Shown here in pieces: positions 30,600-44,311 of a stretch of 64,000 nt of DNA. A program made the position numbers and the translations under genes. The number at the start of each line of letters is the position of its first letter. The first letter of the stretch is position 1. The stretch comes from the human T2T-CHM13v2.0 reference genome, Homo sapiens. The stretch lies in the NCBI RefSeq assembly GCF_009914755.1, contig NC_060927.1. The stretch is one strand, 5' to 3'. Below the pieces are notes generated by a model that was not told where the DNA came from, searched no databases, and was given only the letters and a program-made list of their open reading frames with translations.

Positions 30600-30975
30600 C
30601 TGGTGGCTCTGGAGGTGGTTGCATCAAGTGTGCCGTGTACAATGCCCTGTTGCGGTGAGACCTGGTGGAGCAGCTGTTATGCCTGGTGTTCAGTGGCAGG
30701 ACAGCAGTACCTTCCCCCAGGCTAGTTCTGTAGCATGGCTTCAGTTTGGTCTGGCTGCTGCTGCTTCTCCTCCTCTTCCTCCTCCTCCTTCTCCTCCTCT
30801 TCCTCATCCTCCTCCATCCCCCTCTCCCTCTTCTTCTTTTTCTTCTTTTCTTCTCCCCTACTCCTTTTCTGCTTGCTACTCCAGCCTTCTGGCAATTCCA
30901 GTACTCTTTGAAGGAACTTCTTGTCTGTTTCTGGAATCCATTTCTGTTGCTCGAAACCCAGAACTCTGATGACTG
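30600..30975 (+). mobile_element. ERVL LTR (LTR33-like) containing a CCT/CTT low-complexity tract (30754-30870)
   Basis: 3' end tttctgttgct..aacccagaactctga. Confidence 0.45.
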
Positions 30976-31679
30976 GAGAAGTATACACTCATAATATCCA
31001 ATGTATACATTACAGAGAGTTTTCTCCCTATGGACTGAGTTTCTTCATATAACTCTGGTATGTATGCTTGTCCTATTTTCTAGATATTCTCAGAAGTGAT
31101 GAGAAAAAACCGGAATGTAGAGATGGAAGGTGGAATAAAATGGCTATTTCAAGCAGTGATAGTATAATGATGGCTTGGTTGAAGCCAAGAGAATGGCTGA
31201 TATTTCCCAGACACTTTGAAGCCTGAGAAAGAAAGAAAGCTTACGGATTTTCATTTAGTCTATCTCCCTCCCCAGTCTAGGTGAGGTATTCCCATCTAGG
31301 GATGCTAAGCTAATTCCAGGGACTGTGGATGTATGACTTCCTCCTAGCATGCTGCTCTGCTGGTCAAACAAAGGCCAGCCCAACATTTACCCTTCAGCTG
31401 AGGAGGAGCAGGGTCTGTGCCAGGTCTGGGTGAACCTTTCTCCTCCTGAGCATGACTAATCTGACCTGAGAGTGAGCACTCTGCTCCCTGCAGTGCCTAA
31501 AGGTTGCCTGGGGTGCAGACCACTCAGCATCCCTGGGGCAAGTGGCCTGAGCTGGAGGTCCAGGAGCCAGAGTCCAGACTTAGGGCATCGCTACATCGAT
31601 GTGGTCCTTGAAGCTTAGCAGGCCAAAAGGGGAACAGGGAGGATGTCTGACACCTGGGCTTCTGCTATTCTGAGCTCTG

Positions 31680-33050
31680 CAGAGGCCAGATCATAGAGGA
31701 CCCTACTGGTCAAGTTCAGACATTTGGAGTTTACTCTAGGGGCACTGAGGAGTGAGTAGCTTAAGTGACTTGGTTTGCATTTTGGAAATCTGACTCCAAA
31801 TCAGAATCGATGGAAGGGAAAGACATTGTATGTTGTGAACCCAGTTAGGATCCGCTGTGGTGGTCCACATGAGAGAAGAGGCAGACATGCAGAGGAGAGT
31901 GTGGTAGGGACGTGGTGGAGGAGACAGACATTTTAGAGGCAGTCTTGATAGGCTGTGTACAAGGTCAGAGTGACCTCTAGAAGCTCTTCTCTCAGGCAGA
32001 TCCAGGGGAAGAACCACCAGATTTGGGGGAAAGATAATAAATTCTGTTTGGACATGACAGTTTGAGGAGTCTGTGAGAAACGCAAGACGCTTGGGCAGAC
32101 TGTGTGTCTAAGGCTCAAAGGCAATGTCTGGGTGAGAGATCTGGGTTTTGGAATCCTTGATCAGAGCTGGCCTCTGTCTGAATCACCCCTGAAATTGATG
32201 GCTTGGGTGTCTGCATATGGACTGCCCCTGGCCCCCTGAGGCTGGATATTGTTCACAGTTTCTTGTGCCGTCTTCTACTGGGACCACCCCAGATGACCCA
32301 CCATGCCCCGTGGACTGGCTCTGCCTGTGGGACCCTGTTCTTGCAATCCATCCCACCTGCCCCTTGGGAGCTGGAGTTCTGACAGGGACAGGCCTGACCA
32401 TCTCAGTCCTCTAGCTGGGAGCGGACAAGAGCTCACCATCTAATGAGGCTTCTAACTTCTCAAAGCTGCCTGTGTGGACAGACTCACAGCTCTCATGAGA
32501 GCCACCTAGAAAGGCTACAGAAATATATGCAATTGTCAGGGGAAACCAGGAGTGCTGACATAATCTTGAGGAAAGTAGCATTCACTTAGGTTGCAGTGTG
32601 TGGGCTGTGGCCCAGAACTTGGCTCCCATCGATGCCTGAGCCACAGTGTACTCTGCTCTCCCACTGCCAGCACAGACCTTGAGCTGACCTTAGGTGGTCT
32701 CCTGATCATGCCCAACTTGCAGCCTTTCTCTCTGGGATGAGCTTCCTCACAGCTTCTTCCCAATGGATGAGGACACATTTTTTAAGGCCAGTGTCACATG
32801 TCACCTCCTCTCTGGATCTTTCCCCAAGCCAGGAGCAGTCGCCCCTCCTCTGAGCTCCCATGATGCTCTGGGTAGCTTCTAACCTGTACCACTGAGTACC
32901 CCGCCTGGGACAATGCATATGCAGGTCTGTCTCTCCTGTCCAAGTGTAGACTCTTTGAAGACCCCTTCTCATCTTTCTATGTCTGGTGCCTAGTTCAGGG
33001 TCTGGCACAGAGGAACTTAGTAAGTATTTGTTGAATGCATATATTAATAA
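31680..33050. mobile_element. L2 fragments (minus 31680-32170; plus 32690-33050)
   Basis: L2 3' terminus tggcacagaggaac..tatttgttgaatg. Confidence 0.65.
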
Positions 33051-33324
33051 AATAATTACACACAAGAATTAGAAAGAGCCACCACCTGGTGGACAGCAGA
33101 CTGGCGTCCAGTCTCATCCCCTATCCCCGTGCTCCCTGAATCTCCCTGGGTAGATCACACGTCCTGTCTTCAGCATCCTCATCTGTAAAACAAAGGAGGT
33201 GGAACCAGTTGCTAAGGATCATCCTACTTTGATGCTCTGTCATCTATGAACTAATCCCACCCTACTTGCAGTCTGCAAATAGAGAGACTCTGAAGACACA
33301 AAGCTCTAATCAGAACTGAAAGGC

Positions 33325-36300
33325 TCAAAGACTTGAGATCTTGCCAAACTGAATAGCCACAGAAGAGTCAAGGAAAACATCGGGGAGGAGGGCTTGGGAG
33401 CAGCAGAGGGGAAGTCCGGCCATTACAGGTGCAGGGAGCAGAGGCGCAGCAGGAAAAACACTCATGGTTGGTATTGAGGGGTGATGAGGCACTGGCTTTG
33501 GGGGAGCCAGGCAGACTCTCTTTCTTCTTCTCCTTCGTGGGTTGGAATTGCTCATTGCGTTTTGTGTAGCCTTTTAGAAAACTGAAGAGCAGGATTTTTA
33601 GAGATGAAGAACCAAGTCCCCTCATCTTTCAGCCGAGGAAACAGAGAATAACTGGGCTGGCCCAGGGCCTCAGGGAAGATCTCCTGACCCCGAATCTGGG
33701 ACTCGTTTTGTCTCCCAGTTTTACTGTGAGTCACTGGAGATTGGCACATCTGTCTTCCGTATCTCCCAGCTGCCTCATGCAGAGTTTCATACCCAGAAGG
33801 TGTTTCATAAGTGCTCAGCAGAGACCTAACATCCAAAGAACCTTGAAGGACTCTGTTCATGTGCTGAGCAACTTCAGCTGTTGGAGGGGGTTGTCGGGGA
33901 GAAGGTTTGGGTAATTTTCCAAAGCTTTAGAGGCCTGGCAGGGCTCATGGTGAACTTATAGGAGTAAATTGCTTGCCTCTGTGAAATGAATGAACTCTCC
34001 CAGGGCACCAAGTGCTTAGAGAAAGAAGTAATTCACTAAATGGTTCCTTCCTGCAGCAGAACAAATGTGCTTCACACAAGCGTGGAAATGACTTATCACG
34101 GGAACATTTTGGGGGAGAATCATTTTCTCAGGGCTGTTGGATCGTGACTAGAGCCAGCACAGTGACGCCAGAGCCAGCTAGCCCTTTGAGAGAGATGGCC
34201 GAGAGGTGGCACCTCTTAATTTTTACCAGAGGGACCCTTGAGATGGGGGGAGGGGTAGAGAGAGGCAATACTCATGACAGGTAAGGGTCACCTTTTCTCA
34301 TTAAGTCATCCTCAAGACTCGGAAACTGAGGCCCAGAAAAGGGAGAGGACTCTTAGAGCCATTCAGAGGGTGGAGCAGGAGCAAAAGGACCCCGGCTCCC
34401 AGCATGGGCTCTGCCCTCAGCAGGCCTCTCAGAGTCCTGAGGACATCTTCCCCCCGGTTCCTAGGTCACTGGATTAGTGACTGGACCCTCCTATTGCCCC
34501 TCGCTCTTCATCACAATCACAGTTGCTTACCCTGTATCCGGAGGGCTGGGGCAGGAGACCCGGGAGCAGAAGGAGCTCCCCCTGCCTTTCTGCGGGTAGA
34601 GCAAGTCTTCTCCACTTTGTTTCTGAGTTAAGAGAGCAAATATTCATTTGTACAGTACAAATGAATGAGCTATAGCTACACGACATTCAATATAGTATAT
34701 ACATAGACCATGTAACATATATAACACAATCCTATATACACATGCATAAAATACTGAGTGAAAATTAAGATCCAGAAGAAGAATATTGTTTACTATTGTT
34801 TACTATTTAGTAAACAACTACATCTAAATAAAACCATATGTAAAATGAAACTTTAAAACAACCGAGGTAATGATAAATAAGTGGTTGGCTCCGGTGGGAG
34901 AGGCAGAGAAGTCTGATGAGGAGGAAACACACAGGCAGAGACATGTCATTGCCAATGCCCTGGTTCTTTGGAGTAGTTCATTGATGTTAAGTATATCATA
35001 ATTAGAAAAAAATCAATTAATTAATGAATCAATCAACCAATGAAAAGAGGGTCATTCATGAGAGTGTGTCAGGACATAAGGCCTATACAAGAAGAAGAAA
35101 ACAGAAACAAAGGCCAAGGAATATGAGATGAGATTTCAGCCCTAGGAACCAGGTTTCTTACTAAAGGGAAGTCAGGATTCTCAACCTCCCAAGTTTGGAT
35201 CAGGGGACTTACAGAGGATGTTGACACATTCAGCGCAGCGTCCCCTGTAAGAAGCCTGGGTGGCTTTGTCAGAACAAACAACATGGACCTTTTGCCACAG
35301 CAGTTCTCTTGGGTATAGATGATGTCAGAGTCTGTCATCCAGAAGGCCTGGGAATGATTGGTTTCTTCCCATTTTATGTGTTTCATCCTTTGGGGAAAAA
35401 CACTGTCTGGAAATTTTTACGTTGCCTTGGAGTGAGGCACCCATTGGTTGGGGTGAATCAGCACCAAACAGCCACACACTAGTGTCTGGGGTTCAGCATG
35501 AGGCTACCTAGAACTGGGCAAACTGCCCAGAGAGAAGCCCTGTTCTTGCCCTGCAAAAGACACACTCACCTCCACATCACCTCTCTGCTGTTCCAGCCAG
35601 CTGGCAACACCCCCAGGCCCAGGAAGGATATGATGGATAAAAGGGCATAGCAGATTGGAACGGGGATACCTGTCATCAGGTGGAATTAACAGGGACCTCT
35701 TCTAGGTGGGGCTACCTTGGCTTCAAGACAGGGATGTTTGGTCCCTCCCCGAAATGTTCCTGCACTAAAACAATCACCTTCGCTTCGGAACTGGCTTGGT
35801 TGCCAACCCCTTTGATAAGAAAGGGGCTAAATTGCTCATTATGATGGGGTCCTGGCTAGGTGGGTCAGGATGGGAGCACAGGCTTTCCGTCAGCTTCTGT
35901 ATCCTGGGGTTTAGAATGGAGTTGTCTTGGGGAGCAGCTGTCACTGTTTAATGGTAGATGAAATACTCACTCTCTCCAACAGCATGAGAAGATGGTGAGC
36001 TGTTATTGTTATTATTTTTGATTTACAAAAAGAGCAAGTCATAAAGCCCCAGGGTCATTTAGCTAATGGACACATAATTTTCCAGGCGCTCTCTCATGCA
36101 TCAGATTATAGGCAAGAGAGCCAGCTCTGTGCTCCTCTCCTAGGCTTGGTCTGGCTGCACAGTTAGGGCTACACCAACACAACCTGGACAGCTCCAAACA
36201 GTCTAGGATGTTTGCACCAGGTTTCCGCTCCCAGGCCTGAGCGCTCGAAGCTTCTTATAGCAGCACGTCTCGATTTGTCAGTAATAGGAAGATTATCCAC

Positions 36301-37983
36301 TCAAGAAGATAGAAGTCCATTACTAGTCATTTACCTGATCCTTGGTCATTGCGGGGACTGCAAATGTAGGGAACTATTCGCTCCACTCTGATGCTTCTCC
36401 CTTTCAGTAAATAAGACCCAGCTACATGGGTTTACTTGATCTCTAAGGAGTCTTTGAAGTTTTGCAACATAGTCTGTTTACAATGACCAGATTCCTCTTC
36501 CCAACTTCCCATCTTGAAATTCTGCTCCTTTTTCTTTTATGGAGTTTATGGGAGGGCTGGGGCTTCTCCTAGTTGAAAGACTGTTAATGATCTTCTGATA
36601 ATCATGAAAAAACTTTCTCTGAAATTTCCATCAATAAAAGGCACATCATATACTGCCTCCTCTTTGGAACCTCCTTGTTTCTCCAGTTGGAATTGAGCAC
36701 CCCTCTGCCTGCACATTCCCTTCTTGTGACATGGAAACTGTGCACCGTGTTGTGGCTGTACACAGTTGTGTCTCTCCCATTTGCTTGTTAAGTCCCTTGA
36801 GGGCAGGGAATGAGGTCATGAGGGAGAAGCTGTGCCAGGTACGTAGCACAGAGTCAGAAGGTGATGGGCGCTAAAGGAGGTCAGCTGCCTCTCTGGTCTG
36901 CCCAGTGCCGGGTGCAAAGTGGGTCAATTTAGATTTTAGTTGAACACACATGGAACTGAGAGGTCAAAAGGACAAACAAGCTAAAGCAATAAGAAATAGG
37001 ATAAAGGTTTTGTGAGACTCCTGAATTATTTGTTCTGAGTGGGGAAAGAGAGGGGATATGTTCAGTTTTGTTATAATACAATTGTGGGTGGCGGGGAGGG
37101 GGTTTCCAGATTTAGTTGCACTGAGCACAGGAGACAAATCAGATTGTGTGATTTGAATTTCTTGATTTTGAAAATTTGAGATGGGTTCCACCTGCTGCTG
37201 CCACCCGGTCTCTGGGGTATCTAAACCACATGTACTGACACCGGGACAAGGGAAGGGACCTGCCTCTTCAACCCATAGTGTACCCCACACATGTGGGTTT
37301 CCTGTTTGGCTTAAACTGAGGGAAGGGTCATCATTTACATTTGAAGTATTTTTGTTATACGAAATGTTAATGATCATGCTATTTGTAATAGTGGGGCTTG
37401 GCCTCCAAACCTAGGGGAGCAATTAGAATTATTTTACTGCAAAGAGCAATCTGTTGCCTTTATAATTTTTTAGTTCTTCAAATAATCTCCATCTGATTTT
37501 TTCTTTAGTTAGAACAATGTAGGGGGAAGTGAACTGGGGCCCTCAGGAGGAGGATTATTAATAGTTGCTGCCACCCCCATCAGCTCCAGTTAACCAGCAC
37601 ACAGCCTTTGCCACTATCTCTAAGCCATACAAGGGTCTTGCCAAATAATTATTATTTCCTTTACTTTAAGATGGGGGAACTGAGACCCCAAAAGGATAAG
37701 TGACTTCAGCTCAGGACTGAAGCCAGGATTCAAAATCAGACCTGCCAGCCTTCAAAGCTTGTGTCCCTGCCTCCAGACCTTCTCCTTTCCAGAAGCCAGG
37801 CTGGCTTCTGTGCAGGAGCCTGTGCTGCTGGGGTGTGTCACTGAGCCCAGGACGGGCCCCACGGGCAGGAAATGCACCTGAGAGCGTTTGCTGGAGAGTC
37901 TATGGAGGGCGAGGGCTTCTGCTGTCTGAAGGGCCCGTCTGATCTTTTGATATCATGAAAAAATCTTCCGCACAATTTGCATC
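33325..37983 (-). pseudogene. Putative exons 37878-37983, 37192-37301, 36335-36357, 35213-35347, 34531-34622 and others near 33.3-33.9 kb
   Basis: Canonical AG/GT boundaries (cag|gtaaat, tct|gtaagt, agg|gtaagc). Examples: MQIVRKIFS*YQKIRRALQTAEALALHRL and an open 135-nt exon AFWMTDSDIIYTQENCCGKRSMLFVLTKPPRLL. Confidence 0.5.
34640..35050 (+). mobile_element. Old L1ME 3' fragment
   Basis: aatgaatgagctatagctacac; tactgagtgaaaa. Confidence 0.55.
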
Positions 37984-38074
37984 CTTAAAAGGCAAATCAG
38001 GATAACAGATAATGACCCCTACGGTTTCAGCTCTGGCTTTCCTCCGAGCCTGTGCAATCGCTCTAAGATGTAGC

Positions 38075-38275
38075 AGAAAGGTCGCACAGGCTGTGGACTC
38101 AAAGCCGTTTACCTTGACCAAGTTACTCGGCATCTGGGAGGTTTAGTTTCCTTATTTGTAAAATGAGGCTAATAAAATCCCCTTCTTGGGGGTGATATGA
38201 CGGTAAAATGATACGTTGAATGGCAGTGCCTAAAACAGTACCTAGAACACGGTAAGCACACCGTAAAAAAGAGAT
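38075..38275 (+). mobile_element. MIR (unusually CpG-rich)
   Basis: accttgaccaagttac..agtttccttatttgtaaaatg core. Confidence 0.75.
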
Positions 38276-39919
38276 TAAAGCGCATGAACGTAAGCATACA
38301 CTCTCAAAAGACTGGCGTAGATATTGAGTATATGAATATATGGCAAAGGCCACAGGGCTTTGTTAATGTAATGCGCTGGATGCTGCTGTGGGATGATTAC
38401 AGGTGATTTTGCGGTAGGGACACTGAGCCTTGGGGCAAGCATGCGATTCATTGGGGGTCGTTGCCATTTGCTCAGTGAGGGAGTGATGAGTTACTCCTCC
38501 TCTGTAGCCTGTCGCCCACTCCTCAGGGCCCCACCCATTAGGAAATGCTGGACAGTGGTAGGTGGAAGGGTGGCCTGAGCTCAGCCCTGCAGGAGAACAG
38601 AGGAGAGGAGAAAAGGAAGGCCCACACTCAAGAGCTGAAAGCCTCCACCATTTTACTTTAGTGGTAGACTCCAAGCAGTTTCATTACTTCGAAGGGCTGA
38701 AAAGGCAACAGACACCAGCCTATTTAAATAGCCCAAATCTTGTAGCAGGAGAGACACAGAGTTGTTAAAACTCAGCAAACATTTATCAGTCCCCGAAGCA
38801 CCTCCAGCGTTCACCCAGGGGCTTGGAAGGAGGCTGTTCAGTCCGTGGGAGTGGGTGATTGATGTGCGTAATATGCCACGGTGGCTCTGGGTTGGGCCTT
38901 TATTGCATTAGCTCCCACGCATGAAGCGTGATGCATGGACTCAATTCACTTCACATGGCGGATGGGCCTGCATTGACATGAGGATGCCTCTCCCCGAACA
39001 CATTTGAGGCCAGGGAGGAGATCATGAGGAAAGATGCAGGGTGACAGGAAGGGCTGGGGACATGGACTGTCCTGCTGCCACCCATGATTATGCAGTTCAC
39101 CTGGGGCTGGAGCACCACGTGGCAAGAGGGCTTTTCTGTAAAAATGGACCATTCCTTCACTGGATCTGCCATAGCCCTTCTGTTCTGTTTAAGATGCAGT
39201 GGGGAAGGTAATCAGAGAATGAGCAGCATCATGGATGCCTGGAACCTGCTCATTTTGGTTTAAAATTTGCTCTTTTTCATGCTTCTGGCTTGTTTTTATT
39301 TGCAGTTTTGAACTTGCTAAACAATGTTTATTTATTATTTTCAAAGCCTTTGGCTCACTCGGACAAAGGGAGCTCAGATTAGTGGAGAGAACATTTGATT
39401 AGGATCTCAGAGACCTAGCGAGCTCTGTGATCTTGGCAATTTCACCCTTTCAACAAACATTGAGGGCCCTCATTCTGTGCAAGGGATCCCATTAGATGCC
39501 ATGGAAGATGCCAAGATGTGTGAACAGCCTCTGCCCCCAAAGTGCCATAATCCCTCCCTGTATCTCACTTTATCTGAAAATTGAGAACTGTGGGATATGC
39601 CCAGCATCTTCCATAGAGTTGCAGATAGGATGATGCATGAAAGCACTCAGCACCTTCTCTCTGTCCTCGAGTATTAAGAGAATTACCAAGATGTCATCAA
39701 GATGTGAGTGCTAACTTTCCATTTTTATTTAAAAATGAAACTAATGATGACCCTTTTTACTTATCCAAAGGTTTGAAATGTAAGAACCAAATAGATCAAC
39801 TAAACCTTTAAGTCAGTCTCAGGACATTGGCAAGTAGGGCAGAAAGGGGCTGGCTGCCCCTCCATTCTGCTGGGGCCAGTATCCCTCTGGTTTTCCAAGG
39901 GGCCATTAAAAATACATAG

Positions 39920-42269
39920 TGCCCAAGAAGTGACAAAGAAATGGAGTCTCTGCTTGTCCTTGGAAAAAAATGTAGGCCACAGTAAGACCCCTGAGAAAAA
40001 TCTCTAGACAGTCTGCCAACCTCTTTCCATCATCTGGAAAGGAAAGGAAGGTCCACAGAGGCAGCTCAGTAAGGGCAGAGGGTGGGCCACAGGCTCTCTG
40101 AGTGTCCTCCATGATTCATCAGTGTGGAAAAGCGAACATCAGTCCTCAGAGCCCAGCTTCGAGGCACAAAAAGGCTGCAAGACTCAGCCAGAAAGCTGGG
40201 CCCACACTTGGGGATGAGGGTGAAAATGGCTCACAGAAATGGTTTCTCAACAGCATTGACTGCCTATGGGGTGTGCATGAGAATTGCAGCAGGATCCTCA
40301 CAGATGAAGGGGGGCTCCCTGGATTCAGAGGCAGGTGCAATATCTCAGGTGTTTAAGGAGTCGGGTTAAGTTGTGATTATAAGGACTATGCAATCAGATG
40401 ACTGTCCTGAATGGCCACATACTCATTGGAGCAAGATAATAAAAGGCTGAGAGTGACTAATCACATTTAAGATAAAGTGTGAAAGTTTGAGGGTCCCCTT
40501 GACAGCATAGAAAGAATTTTCATCTCCTGCACCTGGAGGGCAGAAAAAGCTCAGGATCAGGCACAAGACTGAATCATGAGGGTAGCTGAGCTCCAGAGAA
40601 GGTTCAGTTCTCGACCACAGCAAGTCTGCAATGCCACCATTGTCACGGCTGGGAAGAAATAAGACCTTGAAATGGGATAGGGACATCTGGGCCAATACAC
40701 TTGAGGATCATGAGCCCTCTGGGCCTGGAGAAGGGGCTCACTCCTCCCTATTAAAGGCTATTCCCCTCCTTTGCTTAAAGATGTTGTAACCTCTTTCAAC
40801 AAAAATTCAACAAAAATTGAATGATCATGGGAGTTTGTTACTAGCTGTCTTCAATAAGAACAAATAAATTAAAAAGGGCTGAAGAGAGAACTATGAAGCA
40901 CTTACTTTAAATTAAAAAAGAAAGGGTAGGTTTAGAATTGAAATGTTACTGTCACCAGAATTACCACATCTCAGATAAATGTTGCTGTAAGTCCATTCCT
41001 AGGGTGTAAGTCAGGAAGGAGTTGTTGGGCTGACCCTGGCTCTGAGTGAATGGCCCAATACATGGTGGGTACATAGTGACTACCTTGACATCCAGAGAAG
41101 GCACAGTTTATGTAAAGGGAGACTGGGAGCTGTTAGAGTTTTAGAATCTTCTTCCCTCAGTCTTCATGGGGCTTTAGTGATCAAATGGGGGGCACAGACT
41201 CATGTCAGGCAGCCCTGGCTGGGTGGGGATTCTTCTTTTGCCCTTTGTAGGTTGTGTCACCCCAAGCCAATTTCTCAGCTTCAATGAGCCTCAGTTTCCC
41301 CATGTGTAAAATAGTGTTAATAAAACCTCCTCCCAGAGTTGCTGAGAGGGCATATAAGAACAAAATGAACAACTCATAGCGCCATGCCCACCTGCAGTGT
41401 GAAGGGTGGGAGGGAGAGTGAACAGGCAGAAGGGGTCTTCTACCAACCCAGCTCTGGGAGGCCTCTGGGACCCAGAAAACCACCTAGGGTAGCAGGAAGG
41501 GAGGGCCTGGTCAACTGTGAGAAGGCAGAGGGATTGAATCTGGATGGCCAAAGAGAGAAAGAGGCCATCTGATGATGTCCCTGTATCCAGGCAGCATTCT
41601 GTCAATTACCCGGGCTGGGATGCTTCCCAATTTCATAAATAGTCAAAGGGCACTGAATCATCGAGAATCATAAAGAATGGCTTCTTTGTGCTAATTTTAT
41701 TTCCTAGCCCAGCTTGCCTTTCCATCTGTTTTCAGCATGACCCCGATTTCTGCCTAATTTCCCAGTTGGATGCTAGAAGCCGAGAGAGGTTAAGTGATTT
41801 GCCTGTAAGCCTGTGGTGTGGTTACTTTTTATAGTGGTGAAGTCTCCATGGCCCTGTCAGGGCCTCCTCCACAGTAATCCTTTAGCACAATCCAGGAAAA
41901 ACTGTGAGGCGAGGAGTCAGGAGGACTCGGTATTGAACTCCCACCGGAGGAAGAGTTCAGCTGCTTATCCTCTCTACGTCTCAGTTTCTCCGTCTGTCAA
42001 ACGGGCTAAGCCACACCAAGCCTGCCAGGCTGTTGTGAGGATTACGGGAAGTGTGTAGCCATCTCCAGCCACCCTTGGCATGTGGTAGGGACTCACTCAA
42101 TATGAGGTGCTGTTCTTTTTGTTATCTCCATACAGAATCTTATGACGGGAAAGCTCAAACTTACTATCTTGCAGGTTTCCTTATAGAGGTTTTTTTTTTT
42201 TTTTTTCCACAGACTAGTAAGATTTCCAGAAAACAAGGGATCAGTACAGGGTTGACAACTTTTATTTTT
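39920..42269 (-). pseudogene. Putative exons 42165-42269, 40423-40532, 40120-40195 and one starting at 40033
   Basis: Donors ata|gtaagt and tga|gtatgt; acceptors ttttctgccctccag and ttcctttcctttccag. Translation includes SLVFWK and VQEMKILSML...LVTLSLLLSCSN|DFLAESCSLF...STL|MMERGWQTV, with compatible phases. Confidence 0.55.
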
Positions 42270-42450
42270 CTGAGCAAGTCCATTGAAACAAACTATCATT
42301 CATTAGTACCATACTTTCATTAAAAAGGGATAACTTCGCACACATACACACACACGCACATGCACACACTCAGATTAGAAATGACATAATATCAGGATAA
42401 TGCAGCCTTTTAAAGTTGGGAACAATTCAATTTGTAAAACACGTACTACA

Positions 42451-42744
42451 GGCCAGGCGCAGTGGCTCACGTCTGTAATCCCAGCACTTTGGGAGGCCAA
42501 GGCAGGTGGATTACCTGAGGTCATGAGTTCAAGACCAGTCTGGCCAACATGGTGAAACCCCCTATCTACTAAAAATACAAAGAAATTAGCTGGGTCTGGT
42601 GGCAGGTGCCTGTGATCCCAGCTGCTCAGGAGACTGAGGCAGGAGAATTACTTGAACCCGGGAGACGGAGGTTGCAGTGAGCCTAGATTGCGCCATTGCA
42701 CTCCAGCTTGAGTGACAGACTGAGACTCCATCTCCAAAAAAAAA
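42451..42744 (+). mobile_element. AluS
   Basis: Full Alu; TSD ACTACA. Confidence 0.93.
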
Positions 42745-43418
42745 CTACATTGTGATTTTTTTCATTTCCCCATTATTCAGTTTGGTGAGAACTGTGTCAT
42801 ATGCTGACAACTCTCCGAAGATCTGTACTTGAGACCCATTGCTTCAGTTCATTTGATCCCCAAAACAACAATGTGAGGAAAACTGGGTAGGGATTAAAGC
42901 AGTATTGCCATTTTATAGGTAAGCAAACCGTCGAGGCAAGATGATGTTCTTTTGAGCTCGCAGTGTCTGTTCTATTCGTTAGGATCACGTTCATCGTCAA
43001 CAGAACCCTTACTGGAGTATTTCCTAAGTGCCATACAGGGTGCTAAGTCCCTTACAAGCATGAGCCCCTCTAATCCTCACAGCCACCCAGTAACTGAAGG
43101 GTGCTATCATTCCTCATTTTAATAATAGCTAAAGCGAGGGTTAGACAGCTTAACTCTCCAAGGTCCAGGGTCACACATAGAGTGAGTGGCAGAACCAGGA
43201 TTCAAACCCAGGTTTAGACTACTCCAAAGCTGCCCCGCTTTATGGATTTTGATCTGCCTGCGGTCACTAGCTGGTAAGAGGGAAACTGACTACAAACCCT
43301 GAGCATTCTGACTCCTGGCCCGCTGCTTCCCCCTGGGGTAAAGGTCTGAGTGGGTGTCTCTGCCTCTTCCTGCTGCTCCATCTGTCCGGATACACCATCA
43401 CTTGGCTCCATTAAGTTT

Positions 43419-43690
43419 TGTTGACTAAAGAAAGAAGTCAGCTTTTAAAGAATTAAAGTTAGTTTTATTTCAACGTTTTATTGAGGATTATCGCCGGGGG
43501 GTAGACTTTTAGAGGGTTTTATTAGACTGTGTTAAGTTAGTACTTTAGTTTATAGTTTATACACAGATTGTGAAGATTTAGTATGTGTAAAAGTTTGTCT
43601 AAGTTTGGGTGTACGAGTATATTTGGTTATAGTTTGTAGGGATAGGTATTAACCTAGACAGGTGTTATTTTACGTGTAGGAGAAGGCAAC
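43419..43690 (-). mobile_element. ERV1 LTR 3' part (MER67-like), heavily G-to-A altered on its sense strand
   Basis: Terminus tgttgactaaag; minus-strand AATAAA at ~43464-43469; 17 C vs 60 G in 43441-43680. Confidence 0.7.
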
Positions 43691-43813
43691 TTAGATATAA
43701 TTGCCAGTGGGAACCTGGGACTGGGGTCAGAAGCTGAGCAAAGAATCCAGCATAAGAATTCTTTACATTATCGGCTTGACTTTTATAACCAGCAGTGAGC
43801 TAAAGGCACTTGC

Positions 43814-44311
43814 CTCTTCCGCCTACTGGGACATAAAACTCAGCCAGGAAAGGCAAAGAACCTCTTAGCACACTACTCCTAATGGGTTATGAGTCTAGCA
43901 GATACTGGTGAAGGTGGAACTCTCCAGGACTGTCTTAATCTGTTTTGTGATCTGGATTAGGGAACAAAGCTGCATCCCTGTTCCCTGTCTGAATGAGCAG
44001 TTCCCATTTTATAAGCGCAGAATAAACACGGAAAGTGAGTTGTTCCTAGTCTTCCAGTCAACTGAACGTTAGGTGCAGAATCTCCCATACAGCTGGGCAG
44101 TCCAAGTCTCTGCCTCAACCCTGCACTTCAGATGGCCCCAGTGTAGGCCTTACTCCAGCTCCAGGTGGGGAAATCCACGGGGTCAGGGGCCATGCCAGCA
44201 GCAGCCCCTGCAGCCTCTTCCAGACCATGACACAGACACATGGGATGACAGAATTTCTGGATCAAATGGCTGGGAGCCACCTCTGTGGCCTGAACTAGCC
44301 TCTTGCCCAAC
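43814..44311 (-). pseudogene. Putative exons 44154-44311 and 43814-43951
   Basis: gacctctgcag|...GGA|gtaagg, then ccctaatccag|ITKQIKTVLESSTFTSIC*THNPLGVVC*EVLCLSWLSFMSQ*AEE|gcaagt (138 nt, phase 0-0). Resembles the C-terminal helices of an RGS-like domain. Confidence 0.55.

Noticed and set aside
30511-30994. Poly-R/E/L/P ORFs
   Set aside because: Translation of a CCT/CTT low-complexity tract.
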